Shown: positions 1 through 10,938 of the stretch, piece by piece | Layout: each line of letters begins with the position of its first letter | Position numbering within the stretch: position 1 is the first letter of the stretch | Assembly: GCF_003428155.1 (NCBI RefSeq) | Contig: NZ_QLIR01000015.1 | Span: 1 to 32,000, forward strand | Direction of reading: 5' to 3' | Length of the DNA: 32,000 bases | Source of the DNA: Fastidiosibacter lacustris | GTDB lineage: Bacteria > Pseudomonadota > Gammaproteobacteria > Francisellales > Francisellaceae | Program-made: the position numbers and the translations under genes | The notes under the pieces: model-generated | The model's database searches: none | Seen by the model: only the letters and a program-made list of their open reading frames with translations | What the model was told of the DNA's origin: nothing

Positions 1-131
1 GTGTTGTTCAATTGAGCTTCATTCTCTACAGCTGTAGGGGTAATGCTACAGCCTGTTATTAGTAAAGCTCCAATCGCAAAAGGTAAAGCTTTTACAAGAA
101 GGTTCCTTTTTTTATTAGTATGATTATTCAT
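1..131 (-). CDS. Partial lipoprotein, N-terminus only, truncated by the window edge
   Basis: Reverse strand reads MNNHTNKKRNLLVKALPFAIGALLITGCSITPTAVENEAQLNN from the ATG at 131, with upstream GGAG. It has a lipobox (LITGC). The fragment is too short for a family call. Confidence 0.6.
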   Translation of the reverse strand, partial: MNNHTNKKRNLLVKALPFAIGALLITGCSITPTAVENEAQLNN

Positions 132-452
132 AGCGTTACTCCAGTGAATGATTTGTTCATAAGCTTAAGTGATAGTTAATTAGAAACTTAGACGAAGATT
201 TTTAAAATGCAATATAATATATTGATAATGTACAGATAATATAAGCTAATAACTATAAATTGTTTCATAAGGATATGTAAAAAACTTACTATAGGATAGG
301 GTGCAAAAACTCTTGATAGTAAGCAATTTAATTACTTTCAATAAAACTCTTCCTATATATGGTTTGGAGATATTTTGGAATTGCTGTATATTTAATGAGC
401 TTGAACTATACTTTAACTATACAAGTATAAGAAAAGCATAAGGACAGTTGCA

Positions 453-1025
453 ATGAACAGGCAAATGGGCCTCACAGTTTTTGCACTTGCAACATTTTTG
501 AGTGGATGCAGCTTTCTTTTGCCATCCAAAAAGATTGAGCGTAATGACCAGTGGTCATCTTTTGATAGTATTCAACAGGTTTACGATAAAGTCACTCCAA
601 ATAAAACAAGTGTAAATGAGTTAAAAAATATGGGTTTTGATCCATACGCGGCCAATAATGTTAAGATTGAAAATTACTTAGATACACGTATTCGTTTTGA
701 CCCTTTGAGTACAGGTAAGAATATTCCTGCTCCTGTTGCCAAATGTTTAAGCATGTTTAAGCATTGCCAGGCATACGTTGTCAATGTCGATTACGACTAT
801 GAAAAACGTATTGGTAATGTCTTTCTTGATTTAACGAGTTTTCGTCGAGAAACAATGAAAGAAGGCTGGGGGTTTCAAGCAGTATTTATTATTCAAGATG
901 AGCTTGTCGTCTATAAGCTATGGTCAGGTGAGCCTAAACGTAAAGCCTATATTGATGAGATTCGCCCATTGGGACCACTGCAAAGTTTAGATGATTTAAT
1001 CACAGGAGCTGCTATTTCTTTCTAA
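453..1025 (+). CDS. Putative lipoprotein of unknown function
   Basis: 190-aa ORF with lipobox FLSGC and upstream AAGGACA Shine-Dalgarno. Confidence 0.7.
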   Translation: MNRQMGLTVFALATFLSGCSFLLPSKKIERNDQWSSFDSIQQVYDKVTPNKTSVNELKNMGFDPYAANNVKIENYLDTRIRFDPLSTGKNIPAPVAKCLSMFKHCQAYVVNVDYDYEKRIGNVFLDLTSFRRETMKEGWGFQAVFIIQDELVVYKLWSGEPKRKAYIDEIRPLGPLQSLDDLITGAAISF

Positions 1026-1047
1026 TATTATCGTGTTGCAATATATT

Positions 1048-3363
1048 TTAATGGCAATTTGAAGTAACTTTTGAAACTTTAGCAGTCGTTCCACAGTCTT
1101 TTAAACATGTTTGATTGAGCTCTAGTTTAAAGCATAGCTTTTGTGACAAACGCTTCATTATAATAACTAACATTGCCATATAAATAATAACTGCAAGTAT
1201 CCAGCTCAATGCGTGCAAGGGGGCTATGGTCAATTGTGCTAATTGATAGGAGATAACAGCAGCTGTATAAGCAATTGAGGTGCTCCAGATAACAGATATT
1301 ACTGCCCAACCACGTGTAGCTTCACGTGCCATAGCACCAATCACTGAAGCGCAAGGAACATAAAGTAGAACAAATAACATATAAGAAAATGCGGCAGCCA
1401 GAGAACCAAAAGCAATAATCATTGAACCCATCGCTGTTTTATCCATATTAGCATCACTTTCATTAGCTGAGAATGGATTAATAAAAGCACCAATGTTCAT
1501 GTTTTTGAAACTATCAACAGTGTCGTACCAAGATACAGCAAGACCTTCCAAAAGGTCAAATGTTTCATCAGCTGTGGCGGCAAGACTCTGAGGTTTTTCC
1601 TGAGTATAAAGAGTATTTAATGTGCCAACAACAACTTCTTTGGCCAAGGTTCCTGTAAGTAAGCCTACAGTTGCTTGCCAGTTTTCTTCAGACACTCCCA
1701 TTGGTTTCAGAATTGGTGTAATAGCACGTCCAGTTTCAGCAAGTATAGATTGTGGAGACCCTCCTGCTATAACTTGACCGTTTGTTTCAATACTATTGAG
1801 CGTTCCCACTAATACACAAATCGGGATAATCACCTTCCCTGCACGAAAAATAAAACGTTTTAAGCGATCCCAGCTATTGAAGCAAATGGTTTTAAGGTTA
1901 GGTAGATGATAGACAGGTAATTCCATAACAAAGGGGGTACTTTGACCGGTTAACAATGCAAATTTCACAACATAGCCTGTAACAATAGCACCAATAATTC
2001 CAGCGATGTAGAGACTAAATATAATAAAGGCACTATTATGCGGAAAGAACGCTGCGGCGAATACTGCAAAAATCGCTAAGCGTGCACCACAGGACATAAA
2101 GGGTGCCATCATGATTGTCATTAATCTATCACGACGTGTTTCAAGTGTTCGTGCAGCCATTACCGATGGCACATTACAGCCAAACCCAACAATCAAGGGC
2201 ACAAAAGCCTTCCCTGGTAGTCCAATCGCTTGCATGAATCTATCCATGACATAAGCAGCACGCGCCATGTAACCAGAGTCTTCTAAAAAGGATAAAAATA
2301 AAAACATGCAACCAATTTGTGGAATAAAGGTTAAGACGGTATTAATACCTAAGCCTATCCCTTGTGCAATTACTGCAACAAGCCATAAAGGTAAGCCAAG
2401 GTATAAACTTAAATGGGTCATGCCTTCAATAAAAATTATATTTGATGTATTATCGAATAAAGGTTGTAAGGCACCACCAATAGTGATCGAAAACTCAAAC
2501 ATTAAGTACATTACAAATAAGAATATTGGGATACCAAGATATTTATTCATACATACTTTATCAATCAGTTCAGTGGTTTTATGGGGTGTAATTGCTTGAG
2601 TTTTACAGACTTTTTTGATGACGTTTTCAATTGCCTTATAGCGTGCAGTAGATAAAGCGATGTCAGTTTTCTGATCAAGTTTAAAGTATGCTTTTAATTG
2701 TTGTAAGCGCTCGTAAGTTATACCGTCAAATAGTGTTTTTAACAGGTAGTTATCTTCTGCTAACGATGTAGCAAGCCATAAATTGGGATAATCGTGAGTA
2801 AGCTCAGTCAAAGTATTGGTTAAAGCATTTATTTCGTTTGGGTAATACTGTTCCAATGTATAACAAGACGATGAGTGTGTTTGAAATAACGCACTTTTTA
2901 GCTCATCAATTCCTACTTTTTTACGACCAATGACTGGAACAACCATACAACCTAACGTTTCTTGAAGCTTTTGATAATTTATGACAATTCCTTTTTTATT
3001 TGCAACATCTATCATATTAATTGCTAAGATAACAGGAATTTCTGTCTCGATTAATTGCATGGTCAGATAGAGATTTCTCTCTAAATTTGATGCGTCAATG
3101 ACGTTGATAATTGCATCTGGCTTATCTTCGACGATAAAGCGTGATGCAATTTGTTCATCAATTGAAGATTGATCGCTTGTGGTTAGTGTATAAATGCCAG
3201 GTAGATCAACGATTTCAAGGCGTTGATTATCAGATTCAATATAACCAACCTTTCTATCGACGGTAACACCACTCCAGTTACCTACTTTTTGTTTAAGCCC
3301 AGTTAAAGCATTAAAAAGAGTCGTTTTACCACAATTGGGATTACCTATGATTGCATATTTCAT
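1048..3363 (-). CDS. feoB: Ferrous iron transport protein B
   Basis: N-terminal G1 motif GNPNCGKTTLFN, switch region NWSGVTVD, DLPGIYTL and polytopic membrane domain with GFGCNVPSVMAAR. Start overlaps the stop of feoA. Confidence 0.97.
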   Translation of the reverse strand: MKYAIIGNPNCGKTTLFNALTGLKQKVGNWSGVTVDRKVGYIESDNQRLEIVDLPGIYTLTTSDQSSIDEQIASRFIVEDKPDAIINVIDASNLERNLYLTMQLIETEIPVILAINMIDVANKKGIVINYQKLQETLGCMVVPVIGRKKVGIDELKSALFQTHSSSCYTLEQYYPNEINALTNTLTELTHDYPNLWLATSLAEDNYLLKTLFDGITYERLQQLKAYFKLDQKTDIALSTARYKAIENVIKKVCKTQAITPHKTTELIDKVCMNKYLGIPIFLFVMYLMFEFSITIGGALQPLFDNTSNIIFIEGMTHLSLYLGLPLWLVAVIAQGIGLGINTVLTFIPQIGCMFLFLSFLEDSGYMARAAYVMDRFMQAIGLPGKAFVPLIVGFGCNVPSVMAARTLETRRDRLMTIMMAPFMSCGARLAIFAVFAAAFFPHNSAFIIFSLYIAGIIGAIVTGYVVKFALLTGQSTPFVMELPVYHLPNLKTICFNSWDRLKRFIFRAGKVIIPICVLVGTLNSIETNGQVIAGGSPQSILAETGRAITPILKPMGVSEENWQATVGLLTGTLAKEVVVGTLNTLYTQEKPQSLAATADETFDLLEGLAVSWYDTVDSFKNMNIGAFINPFSANESDANMDKTAMGSMIIAFGSLAAAFSYMLFVLLYVPCASVIGAMAREATRGWAVISVIWSTSIAYTAAVISYQLAQLTIAPLHALSWILAVIIYMAMLVIIMKRLSQKLCFKLELNQTCLKDCGTTAKVSKVTSNCH

Positions 3364-3581
3364 ATTTTTTCAACCTGCATGAATAAAATTTCTGATTTGC
3401 GAAGTGAAACCGAAAAGTTTTTTATGGTAATGTGGTAAGGGTTACCAAACAGTGCTTTTTTAGCAATATAAAAGCTACCCCCTGGAATAAAACCAAGTGA
3501 GAGTAATTTTTGCATGTAGTTACGAGGGCAGTTGTCGTTAAATCCTAGGATTTTATAAGCCTGCTTGGTTTTAATAGTCAT
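3360..3581 (-). CDS. feoA: Ferrous iron transport protein A (FeoA/SH3-like)
   Basis: 73-aa ORF directly upstream of and overlapping feoB. FeoA-like pattern: LLSLGFIPGG..., ISLR-like C-terminus. Confidence 0.85.
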   Translation of the reverse strand: MTIKTKQAYKILGFNDNCPRNYMQKLLSLGFIPGGSFYIAKKALFGNPYHITIKNFSVSLRKSEILFMQVEKI

Positions 3582-3614
3582 AATTATCGTGAATTGGTTA
3601 GCAAGTAGCTTGGC

Positions 3615-3643
3615 ATTATAGCTATCAGTTGAGTTTGAGTCAA
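3615..3643 (-). promoter_or_regulatory. Predicted sigma70 promoter for feoAB
   Basis: Reverse strand TTGACT - 17 nt (CAAACTCAACTGATAGC) - TATAAT, about 35 nt upstream of the feoA start. Confidence 0.65.
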
Positions 3644-3649
3644 CTCAAT

Positions 3650-3661
3650 TGATAAGCATTA

Positions 3662-3664
<3 letters not shown>
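3650..3664 (-). promoter_or_regulatory. Predicted Fur box upstream of feoAB
   Basis: TGATAAT-G-CTTATCA (reverse strand) fits the 7-1-7 Fur motif TGATAAT-N-ATTATCA with one mismatch. It lies just upstream of the predicted -35 and overlaps the 3' end of wrbA. Confidence 0.6.
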
Positions 3665-4255
<591 letters not shown>

Positions 4256-4257
4256 TT

Positions 4258-5439
4258 ATGGCAAAGTTAATATGCCACTATAGTAAGCGATTTTTAAGTT
4301 TCTGGGTATGGGTGTTTAAAGCATATATGCAACAAAATTGCCTTGCCAAAGCATCGGTCTTAGCATTAACGAGTCTATTTGCCTTGGTGCCATTGTTAAT
4401 GGTGTCAATTTCTATTTTAAGTATGTTACCTGTCTTTAAGAGTATGCAGGGTGACTTTCAGCAGTTTATTTTACAAAACATGCTGCCAAGTTCAGGTGAA
4501 GTAGTGAATGAATATTTAAAAATGTTCATGCAAAATCGTGCAGGGCTTCCAATTACTGCTGTGGTGGTATTGTTCTTTATCAGTATTATGATGATGCGTT
4601 CACTGGAAAAAGTACTCAACGACATCTGGCAGGTCAAAAAAGAGCGCCCCTTATCCCAAGCTTTTTTATTATATTGGGCGGTGTTGAGTTTGGGACCGTT
4701 ACTGGTTGGTGCAAGTTTAGGTTTGAGTTCATATTTGCTGTCATGGCATTGGCTTAATGATGGTGTGAGCAGGTTTGTGAATTTTTTGCAGATTTTGCCA
4801 TTTGTCTTTAATTTAATCGCATTTACGTTTATCTATCAGGTTGTGCCCTTCACGCGTGTGAAGCTTAAGCACGCCATATTAGGCGGCTTGTTGATGGCGC
4901 TTGTGTTTGATCTGGCTAAAAAAGCATTTGCTTGGTACGCGCTGAATTTGCCGACCTATGAGATGCTGTATGGTGCCCTGGCGATCATTCCGTTGTTTAT
5001 CCTTTGGGTTGCCATTTCCTGGCAGTTATTGTTACTTGGTGCGATCGTTGTTCGCATGTTAAGTCTTGAGCCAGTCTTGCGCGGACAAGGAAAAGCCATG
5101 CGTTTTGAGCTTTCGATCAAAATTTTAAAAGTGCTTTATGAACAGCAAAAAAGCAAACGGGCTGTGAGTAAAAATGAGTTGATTAAAATTGGCTTAGATG
5201 TTGATTTAAACGCATTGGATGAGCTGCTAGCGCTACTGGTAAAACACCACTATGTCTGTATTACCCAAGAGCAAAAGTATGTGTTAAGCTGTGATCTTGC
5301 CACGGAAAAGCTCAATGTGCTCTATCAAAACCTGGCATGTTTTCTGAGTCTTAGTAAGGATGAAAATATTGAGCTAAGCTCGCTTAAGGCAGGCATGCAC
5401 AAACAGATGGATTTAGCGCTAATTAACTTGGTTATTTGA
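4258..5439 (+). CDS. YihY/BrkB (formerly RNase BN) family inner-membrane protein
   Basis: Polytopic protein with ALTSLFALVPLLMVSISIL, KVLNDIWQVKKERP and WAISWQLLLLGA patterns typical of the family. Confidence 0.85.
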   Translation: MAKLICHYSKRFLSFWVWVFKAYMQQNCLAKASVLALTSLFALVPLLMVSISILSMLPVFKSMQGDFQQFILQNMLPSSGEVVNEYLKMFMQNRAGLPITAVVVLFFISIMMMRSLEKVLNDIWQVKKERPLSQAFLLYWAVLSLGPLLVGASLGLSSYLLSWHWLNDGVSRFVNFLQILPFVFNLIAFTFIYQVVPFTRVKLKHAILGGLLMALVFDLAKKAFAWYALNLPTYEMLYGALAIIPLFILWVAISWQLLLLGAIVVRMLSLEPVLRGQGKAMRFELSIKILKVLYEQQKSKRAVSKNELIKIGLDVDLNALDELLALLVKHHYVCITQEQKYVLSCDLATEKLNVLYQNLACFLSLSKDENIELSSLKAGMHKQMDLALINLVI

Positions 5440-5479
5440 CTAAATAAGATACAGTTTGGTCAAAATAATCGGTTAACTT

Positions 5480-6035
5480 TTTTGTAGACACTGGCAGAAA
5501 AATCACTGGGTATTTCATTGACTGCAATAAGGATTCGCCATCAAAAGGAAGTCAGGTAATTGTCAGTTATTCTCCTTCCAGATTTCATCATCCCAAAGGT
5601 GGTCGCTCATACTTTTGATAATCTTGAGCGAATTGTGACCAGAGATGAGCCAACTTGGCTTATTGGTCCTGCGGCTGCTGAAATGTTAATCTTCTGGTTT
5701 AATTGACCTAATATGGGTGTTAGCTGTTGCCATTATTTTTCAGTTGATCGTTCTATGGGCAGCATATCGTTATTGTTGCCATAAGCATGTGCTATTTGGT
5801 GTTTAGAAGGAAGCTGTGGATGCTGGAAATATTAAGCTATCCGTAAAGCTGGATGAGTAAGTATAATACTCTCAACTATCTTGACAGTTGGGGGTATTTA
5901 TAGTGCTTAATGTGATTTGGCGAAAGAGACAGTTTATGCCCTTTACCCAAATTTAGGTTATTTCTTAGATCTAGATGAAAAGCTAGAAGGTAAATTAAGT
6001 AGTGTGCAACAAATCATTAGTATGATACTCAAGTA
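5480..6035 (+). pseudogene. Decayed LysR-family transcriptional regulator remnant
   Basis: No intact ORF. In-frame pieces in order: LAEKSLGISLTAIRIRHQKEV (HTH-like), VVAHTFDNLERIVTRDEPTWLIGPAAAE, EAVDAGNIK and AKETVYALYPNLGYFLDLDEKLEGKL (LysR C-terminus-like), interrupted by stops and frameshifts. Confidence 0.4.
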
Positions 6036-6049
6036 ACCCATTATTGACT

Positions 6050-8224
6050 TTATTTAATTTCGATCGGATCGATATCAACTGTGATTTTTACTTTTTTTCG
6101 TGTAGTTGCAATTTCATGTTTAATGGATTTAAGGAGTTTTTGCAAAGTTGAGCGGTTTTTTGCTGTGAGCATCAACATAAATCGATAATAACCTGCTTGT
6201 TTGATATTAATGGCTGGCAAAACAGGAGAAATGTCACATTTAAATTGATAGTGCAGGTTATAGTGAGATAAGCTGTGATAGAGTTTTTGCAAAGCATAAG
6301 TACACATTTCAGTTTTTGTGGCTTGTGCGTAGATGTATGCTTGATAGGAAAAGGGTGGGTAGTTTAAAAGTTTACGTGTTTCAAGTGCATGGTGCAAGAA
6401 TTGCTCATAGTGTTTTTGTAAAATCAAATGCAAAATTGAGTTATCTGGTTGATAAGTTTGGATATAAACTTCTCCACTTTTATTACCACGCCCTGTTCTT
6501 CCTGCCACTTGCGTAATTAATTGCGCAGTTTTTTCAATAGCGTGGAAATCTTGACTATAAAACCCAGCATCAGCATTGATAACTCCAACCAGTGTGACAT
6601 GCTGAAAGTCGTGTCCTTTGGTGATCATTTGCGTGCCAACAATAATATCGATATGGTTACTTTTGATATTGTTTAATTGTGCTTCAAGCTCACCTTTTCT
6701 TTGTGTTGAGCTGCGATCTAAGCGAGCAACGTTGGCATAAGGGAAAATATCCATAAGCTGGTCTTCTAGCTTTTCGGTACCATTACCAAAATCAATTAAA
6801 TTATGTGATTTACAATTTGGGCATTCAGTAATGATTTCTTTTGCCTTTCCACAAAAATGACAGGCTAAGTGTTGGGGTTTTTTGTGCAAGGTATAAGGTT
6901 TTTGGCAGTGGTTACAGTTTGCACACCAACCACATGCTTGGCAAATAAGGCTATGTGCAAATCCACGCCGATTAATAAACAGCAATGCCTGTTCACCTTT
7001 AGCAATTACTTGTTGTATTTTATCGATCAATACTTGGCTTAAACCTAAGACAGTTTGTTGTTTTTGCATATTAATGATGTGTATCGTATTTTGTGTTTGA
7101 TTAAGTGCTCGTTTTTTAAGAGAAATCAAATGATATTTATTAGAAATGGCATGATGATAGCTTTCCAGAGAGGGTGTACCACTACCCAAGAGTATTGGAA
7201 CATTGAACTTTTGTGCTTTCATAATTGCAACGTCTCGCGCATGATAATTGGGTATGTTCTGCTGTTTGTAGGATGCATCATGTTCTTCATCTACAATAAT
7301 CATTTTAAGCTTAGGCAAATCAAAAAACAGCCCAATTCTGGTGGCAATAATTATATTAATGTTCCCTTCCTTTGCATGAAGCCAAACATCTAACCGTGCT
7401 TGATCTGTTAGTTGTGAATGAATAACAGCCATTGGTTGAGTCAATCTGTTTTGAAAGCGATTAAGCGTTTGTGGTGTGAGATTGATTTCAGGAACAAGAA
7501 TCAAAACTTGCCCACCTTTTTCTACAATAGGTTTGATTGTTTCAATGTATATTTCCGTTTTTCCACTACCAGTTACACCATATAATAGTATTGTATTGAA
7601 ATAATCTAAACGAGTAGAAATTGTTGAGACTATTTTTTGTTGTTCTGTTGTTAGTGTTTTAGGATACGTTTGTCGTTGTGTGTTATAAAACGGATTATAT
7701 GGATACACGTATTTCTGAATGGCGCTTTTATTTAGTAAAGCTTTTAGTGTTTGTGGCAGAACTCCCAATTTAATGAGTTCACTATGGTTGAGAACTTGAC
7801 GTTGCTTGAGTAATTCAATTAACTGATTTTGTTTGTGTGCATTTTTGGCAAGTTTAATATTAGAATTCGCTAATCTATATTCAATTACTTCAGAGTAAAA
7901 GGCTTGTTCTTTTTGTAGTAGAAGCTTAGGAATTGCCAATTTTAATGCCTGATAGAGTGAGCATTGGTAATAGGTTGAAAGCCAATTAATGAGCACGATG
8001 GTACGATTAGAAACGATGGCGTTACAATCAAGCACTTTGATCACTTGCTTTAGCTTATCCTTAGTAACGGCACAGTCAGGATTGATTTGGCTAATAATAC
8101 CAATAAGCTTGCGCTTTCCTAAAGGAACTAAAACACGTGTATAAAGCACGGGATGAGAAAAAGGGTAAAGATAGTCCAGTCCATCCTCAAAAGGTCCTTG
8201 CACCAGTATTCGAACGATTATCAT
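6050..8224 (-). CDS. priA: Primosomal protein N' (replication restart helicase)
   Basis: Walker A GVTGSGKTEIY, DEEHD, zinc-cysteine cluster CQACGWCANCNHCQKP...CHFCG...CPNCKS, GTQMITKGHDFQHVTLVGV and QVAGRTGRG. Confidence 0.97.
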   Translation of the reverse strand: MIIVRILVQGPFEDGLDYLYPFSHPVLYTRVLVPLGKRKLIGIISQINPDCAVTKDKLKQVIKVLDCNAIVSNRTIVLINWLSTYYQCSLYQALKLAIPKLLLQKEQAFYSEVIEYRLANSNIKLAKNAHKQNQLIELLKQRQVLNHSELIKLGVLPQTLKALLNKSAIQKYVYPYNPFYNTQRQTYPKTLTTEQQKIVSTISTRLDYFNTILLYGVTGSGKTEIYIETIKPIVEKGGQVLILVPEINLTPQTLNRFQNRLTQPMAVIHSQLTDQARLDVWLHAKEGNINIIIATRIGLFFDLPKLKMIIVDEEHDASYKQQNIPNYHARDVAIMKAQKFNVPILLGSGTPSLESYHHAISNKYHLISLKKRALNQTQNTIHIINMQKQQTVLGLSQVLIDKIQQVIAKGEQALLFINRRGFAHSLICQACGWCANCNHCQKPYTLHKKPQHLACHFCGKAKEIITECPNCKSHNLIDFGNGTEKLEDQLMDIFPYANVARLDRSSTQRKGELEAQLNNIKSNHIDIIVGTQMITKGHDFQHVTLVGVINADAGFYSQDFHAIEKTAQLITQVAGRTGRGNKSGEVYIQTYQPDNSILHLILQKHYEQFLHHALETRKLLNYPPFSYQAYIYAQATKTEMCTYALQKLYHSLSHYNLHYQFKCDISPVLPAINIKQAGYYRFMLMLTAKNRSTLQKLLKSIKHEIATTRKKVKITVDIDPIEIK

Positions 8225-8535
8225 TGTAATACTGCTTTACGAAGGTTGATCACTTTTTTTCTGTAATCTTACGATGAACTACATTATTTGTTTGACCATC
8301 ATAAATCCCTGTTACTATGTGTTGCTTTAATGTCATAAATTACTCCAGGCTTGAACTTTAGAGTGCTACAGTAATACAAAATAATGAAAATTCCAACTAC
8401 AATAAGTATGCTATTTCTACAAGGATGCTGCTTTAAAAATTGTGATAGGAATACTCTTGATTAGATACTTAGAGTAAAATTTTAATGAGGTGATTCTAAA
8501 AATGCTTTCTAACTTTAAAATATCCTTTTGCTTAT

Positions 8536-9645
8536 TTGCAATCTGAGGATGCTTCCCATAGAATAGGTCAACTTCAATCAAGGCGTTTTTTCATGATTCC
8601 AGCAAAATTGGTTTTACAGACAGGAGATGTATTCGAAGGTAAGGTTCCAGATTGGGTCAAAGGTATTAATTTTGGCGAAATTGTGTTCAATACTGGAATG
8701 GTAGGTTATACAGAAGTATTGACCGATCCATCTTATAAGGGGCAAATAGTTTGCTTTACATACCCTATGATTGGTAATTATGGTGTTGAAAACCAGGATC
8801 ATTGGGAATCAGATCAAATTCATGCTGCCGGGATTATTGTGTCAGAATTGGCACCATTTTATGCACGTGTGCAAGGTGAGCACTCCTTGAAGGAGTGGTG
8901 TGAAAAATACAACACTCCCATTATTGCAGATGTCGATACGAGAGCGCTCACCAAAGTCTTACGCCAGCACGGTGTGGTTGCAGGAGCTATTGTTGTGGGC
9001 GATAATATGCCCATAAGCTATCCAGATATTAGCGATTTAGACTTAGTTGCTGAGGTCACAATTAAGGAGTCTGTTGTCTATGGTGATGGTCAGAAAAAGG
9101 TTATTGTAGTAGATTGCGGGATGAAAGCCAATATTTGGCGTTACCTTTGTTCATATTCAGGGGTAACTTTAAAACGAGTGCCATATGATTATGATTATAC
9201 GAAGGAACCTTATGATGGTATATTTATTTCGAATGGTCCAGGTGATCCTGCTCGTTGCCAGCAAACAGCAAACTTCTTGAAAATAGCAATGGCAAAGTGC
9301 CCACAAAAGCCAATTTTTGGTATTTGTCTTGGTTCACAAATTATGGGGATTGCAATAGGTGCTAAAACCTATAAGTTAAAATTTGGTCATCGTGCTCAAA
9401 ATCATCCTTGCCTATTAGAGGGGACGAATCGAAGCTATTTGACTTCTCAAAATCATGGTTTTGCCGTTGATGAGAAAACCATCCCAAATGATTGGGAGGT
9501 ATGGTTTAGAAATTTAAATGATCATACTATTCAAGGCATTAAACATAAAACCTTGCCATATTCATCAGTACAGTTTCATCCAGAGGCAGGACCTGGTCCT
9601 GTTGATACAGTATGGTTGTTTGATCGTTTTATTGATCAGCTATAA
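8536..9645 (+). CDS. carA: Carbamoyl-phosphate synthase small subunit (true start may be the ATG at 8593)
   Basis: FNTGMVGYTEVLTDPSYKGQIV, class I glutaminase nucleophile motif FGICLGSQ, SQNHGFAVDE and FHPEA. Confidence 0.95.
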   Translation: MQSEDASHRIGQLQSRRFFMIPAKLVLQTGDVFEGKVPDWVKGINFGEIVFNTGMVGYTEVLTDPSYKGQIVCFTYPMIGNYGVENQDHWESDQIHAAGIIVSELAPFYARVQGEHSLKEWCEKYNTPIIADVDTRALTKVLRQHGVVAGAIVVGDNMPISYPDISDLDLVAEVTIKESVVYGDGQKKVIVVDCGMKANIWRYLCSYSGVTLKRVPYDYDYTKEPYDGIFISNGPGDPARCQQTANFLKIAMAKCPQKPIFGICLGSQIMGIAIGAKTYKLKFGHRAQNHPCLLEGTNRSYLTSQNHGFAVDEKTIPNDWEVWFRNLNDHTIQGIKHKTLPYSSVQFHPEAGPGPVDTVWLFDRFIDQL

Positions 9646-9656
9646 GGAAAATATAA

Positions 9657-10115
9657 ATGCGTATTCCAACAATAGAGTTAAAGTTATTAAAGCCTGAAAT
9701 TTTTTCGACATTACCTAAATATGGTACAACTGGAGCAGCAGCAGTAGATTTGCATGCTGCAATTGATAAGGTGCTTATTCTTAAACCTAATGCGTGTGAG
9801 CTTGTGTCTACCGGTATTGCAATTCATATTGCGGATCCATCGCTAGCAGGTATGATACTCCCACGCTCAGGTTTAGGGCATAAAAAGGGACTTGTTTTAG
9901 GTAACTCTATCGGACTCATTGATTCGGATTATCAAGGAGAGTTGATGGTATCTTGCTGGAACCGCTCAAATGAAGATATCATTATCGAGCCCTTGATGCG
10001 ATTTGCACAATTGATCATTGTTCCGGTGGTGCAGGTTAATTTTGTAGCGGTTAATGAATTTAATAGCGAGAGTGAGCGCAACATTGGTGGTTTTGGGCAT
10101 ACAGGTGTAAAGTAA
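9657..10115 (+). CDS. dut: Deoxyuridine 5'-triphosphate nucleotidohydrolase
   Basis: dUTPase motifs: [29 protein letters not shown] and C-terminal [10 protein letters not shown]. Confidence 0.96.
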   Translation: MRIPTIELKLLKPEIFSTLPKYGTTGAAAVDLHAAIDKVLILKPNACELVSTGIAIHIADPSLAGMILPRSGLGHKKGLVLGNSIGLIDSDYQGELMVSCWNRSNEDIIIEPLMRFAQLIIVPVVQVNFVAVNEFNSESERNIGGFGHTGVK

Positions 10116-10180
10116 AGGCTTGTTGCACTTATAAGCCAATGCTACACTAACAAAGTGTTAGGAAAAATGGTTGTAATAAG

Positions 10181-10750
10181 ATGATTTGGACAGTCCCTAA
10201 TATTTTAACCATGTTGCGGATTTTATTGATACCTGTATTAGTGGTTGCCTTCTATGTACCGTTTCCACATCATCATGGTGTGAGCGCAACTATATTTCTA
10301 CTTGCGGCTATAACTGATTGGTTGGATGGTTTTTTAGCGCGTTATTTTGAGCAAACGACGAAGCTTGGAGCCTTTTTGGATCCTGTTGCTGATAAGCTTA
10401 TGGTTGCAACAGCTCTTGGGCTTTTAATTGCTTTATATCCGTACCCATGGGTGGCGCTTCCTGCAATTATCATTATTTGTCGTGAAATTATTGTTTCTGC
10501 CTTGCGTGAATGGATGGCAGAAATTGGACAACGTGCTGTGGTAAAAGTTTCTTTTGTTGGCAAGGTGAAAACAGCTGCACAAATGGTGGCGATCTTTCTT
10601 TTGTTGCTTAAACCAAAGGATCTTACTAATTTGTGGGTAATTAGCGGTTTTGTGCTGCTCTATATTGCAGTCATTCTAACGGTTTATTCGATGTGGTTAT
10701 ATTTGTCAGCAGCTTATAAGGCTGTAAAGGCTGATTTAAACAAGTCATAA
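10181..10750 (+). CDS. pgsA: CDP-diacylglycerol--glycerol-3-phosphate 3-phosphatidyltransferase
   Basis: CDP-alcohol phosphatidyltransferase motif DWLDGFLARYFEQTTKLGAFLDPVADK. Confidence 0.95.
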   Translation: MIWTVPNILTMLRILLIPVLVVAFYVPFPHHHGVSATIFLLAAITDWLDGFLARYFEQTTKLGAFLDPVADKLMVATALGLLIALYPYPWVALPAIIIICREIIVSALREWMAEIGQRAVVKVSFVGKVKTAAQMVAIFLLLLKPKDLTNLWVISGFVLLYIAVILTVYSMWLYLSAAYKAVKADLNKS

Positions 10751-10938
10751 ATAGTTAATCGAATAAGAAATAGCTATTTGAGATAGGGTCAATTTCCATA
10801 AAAGTTGCTAGAGATCACTCATTTTTTAATGAGGATGCTGCATTTACAGCAGACAGTTGTTGTCAAAGTACCACCTGTCATGTACATTAGTTGGGTTTTG
10901 AAATAAGCCAGAATTTTAGATATAACAGGAGACAATAA

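Noticed and set aside
6316-7393. Two + strand ORFs within priA
   Set aside because: Antisense to well-supported priA motifs.
10830-10850. Small stem TGCTG-cattta-CAGCA upstream of yajC as a possible terminator/attenuator
   Set aside because: Only 5 bp of stem with no U-tract, so it is expected by chance.
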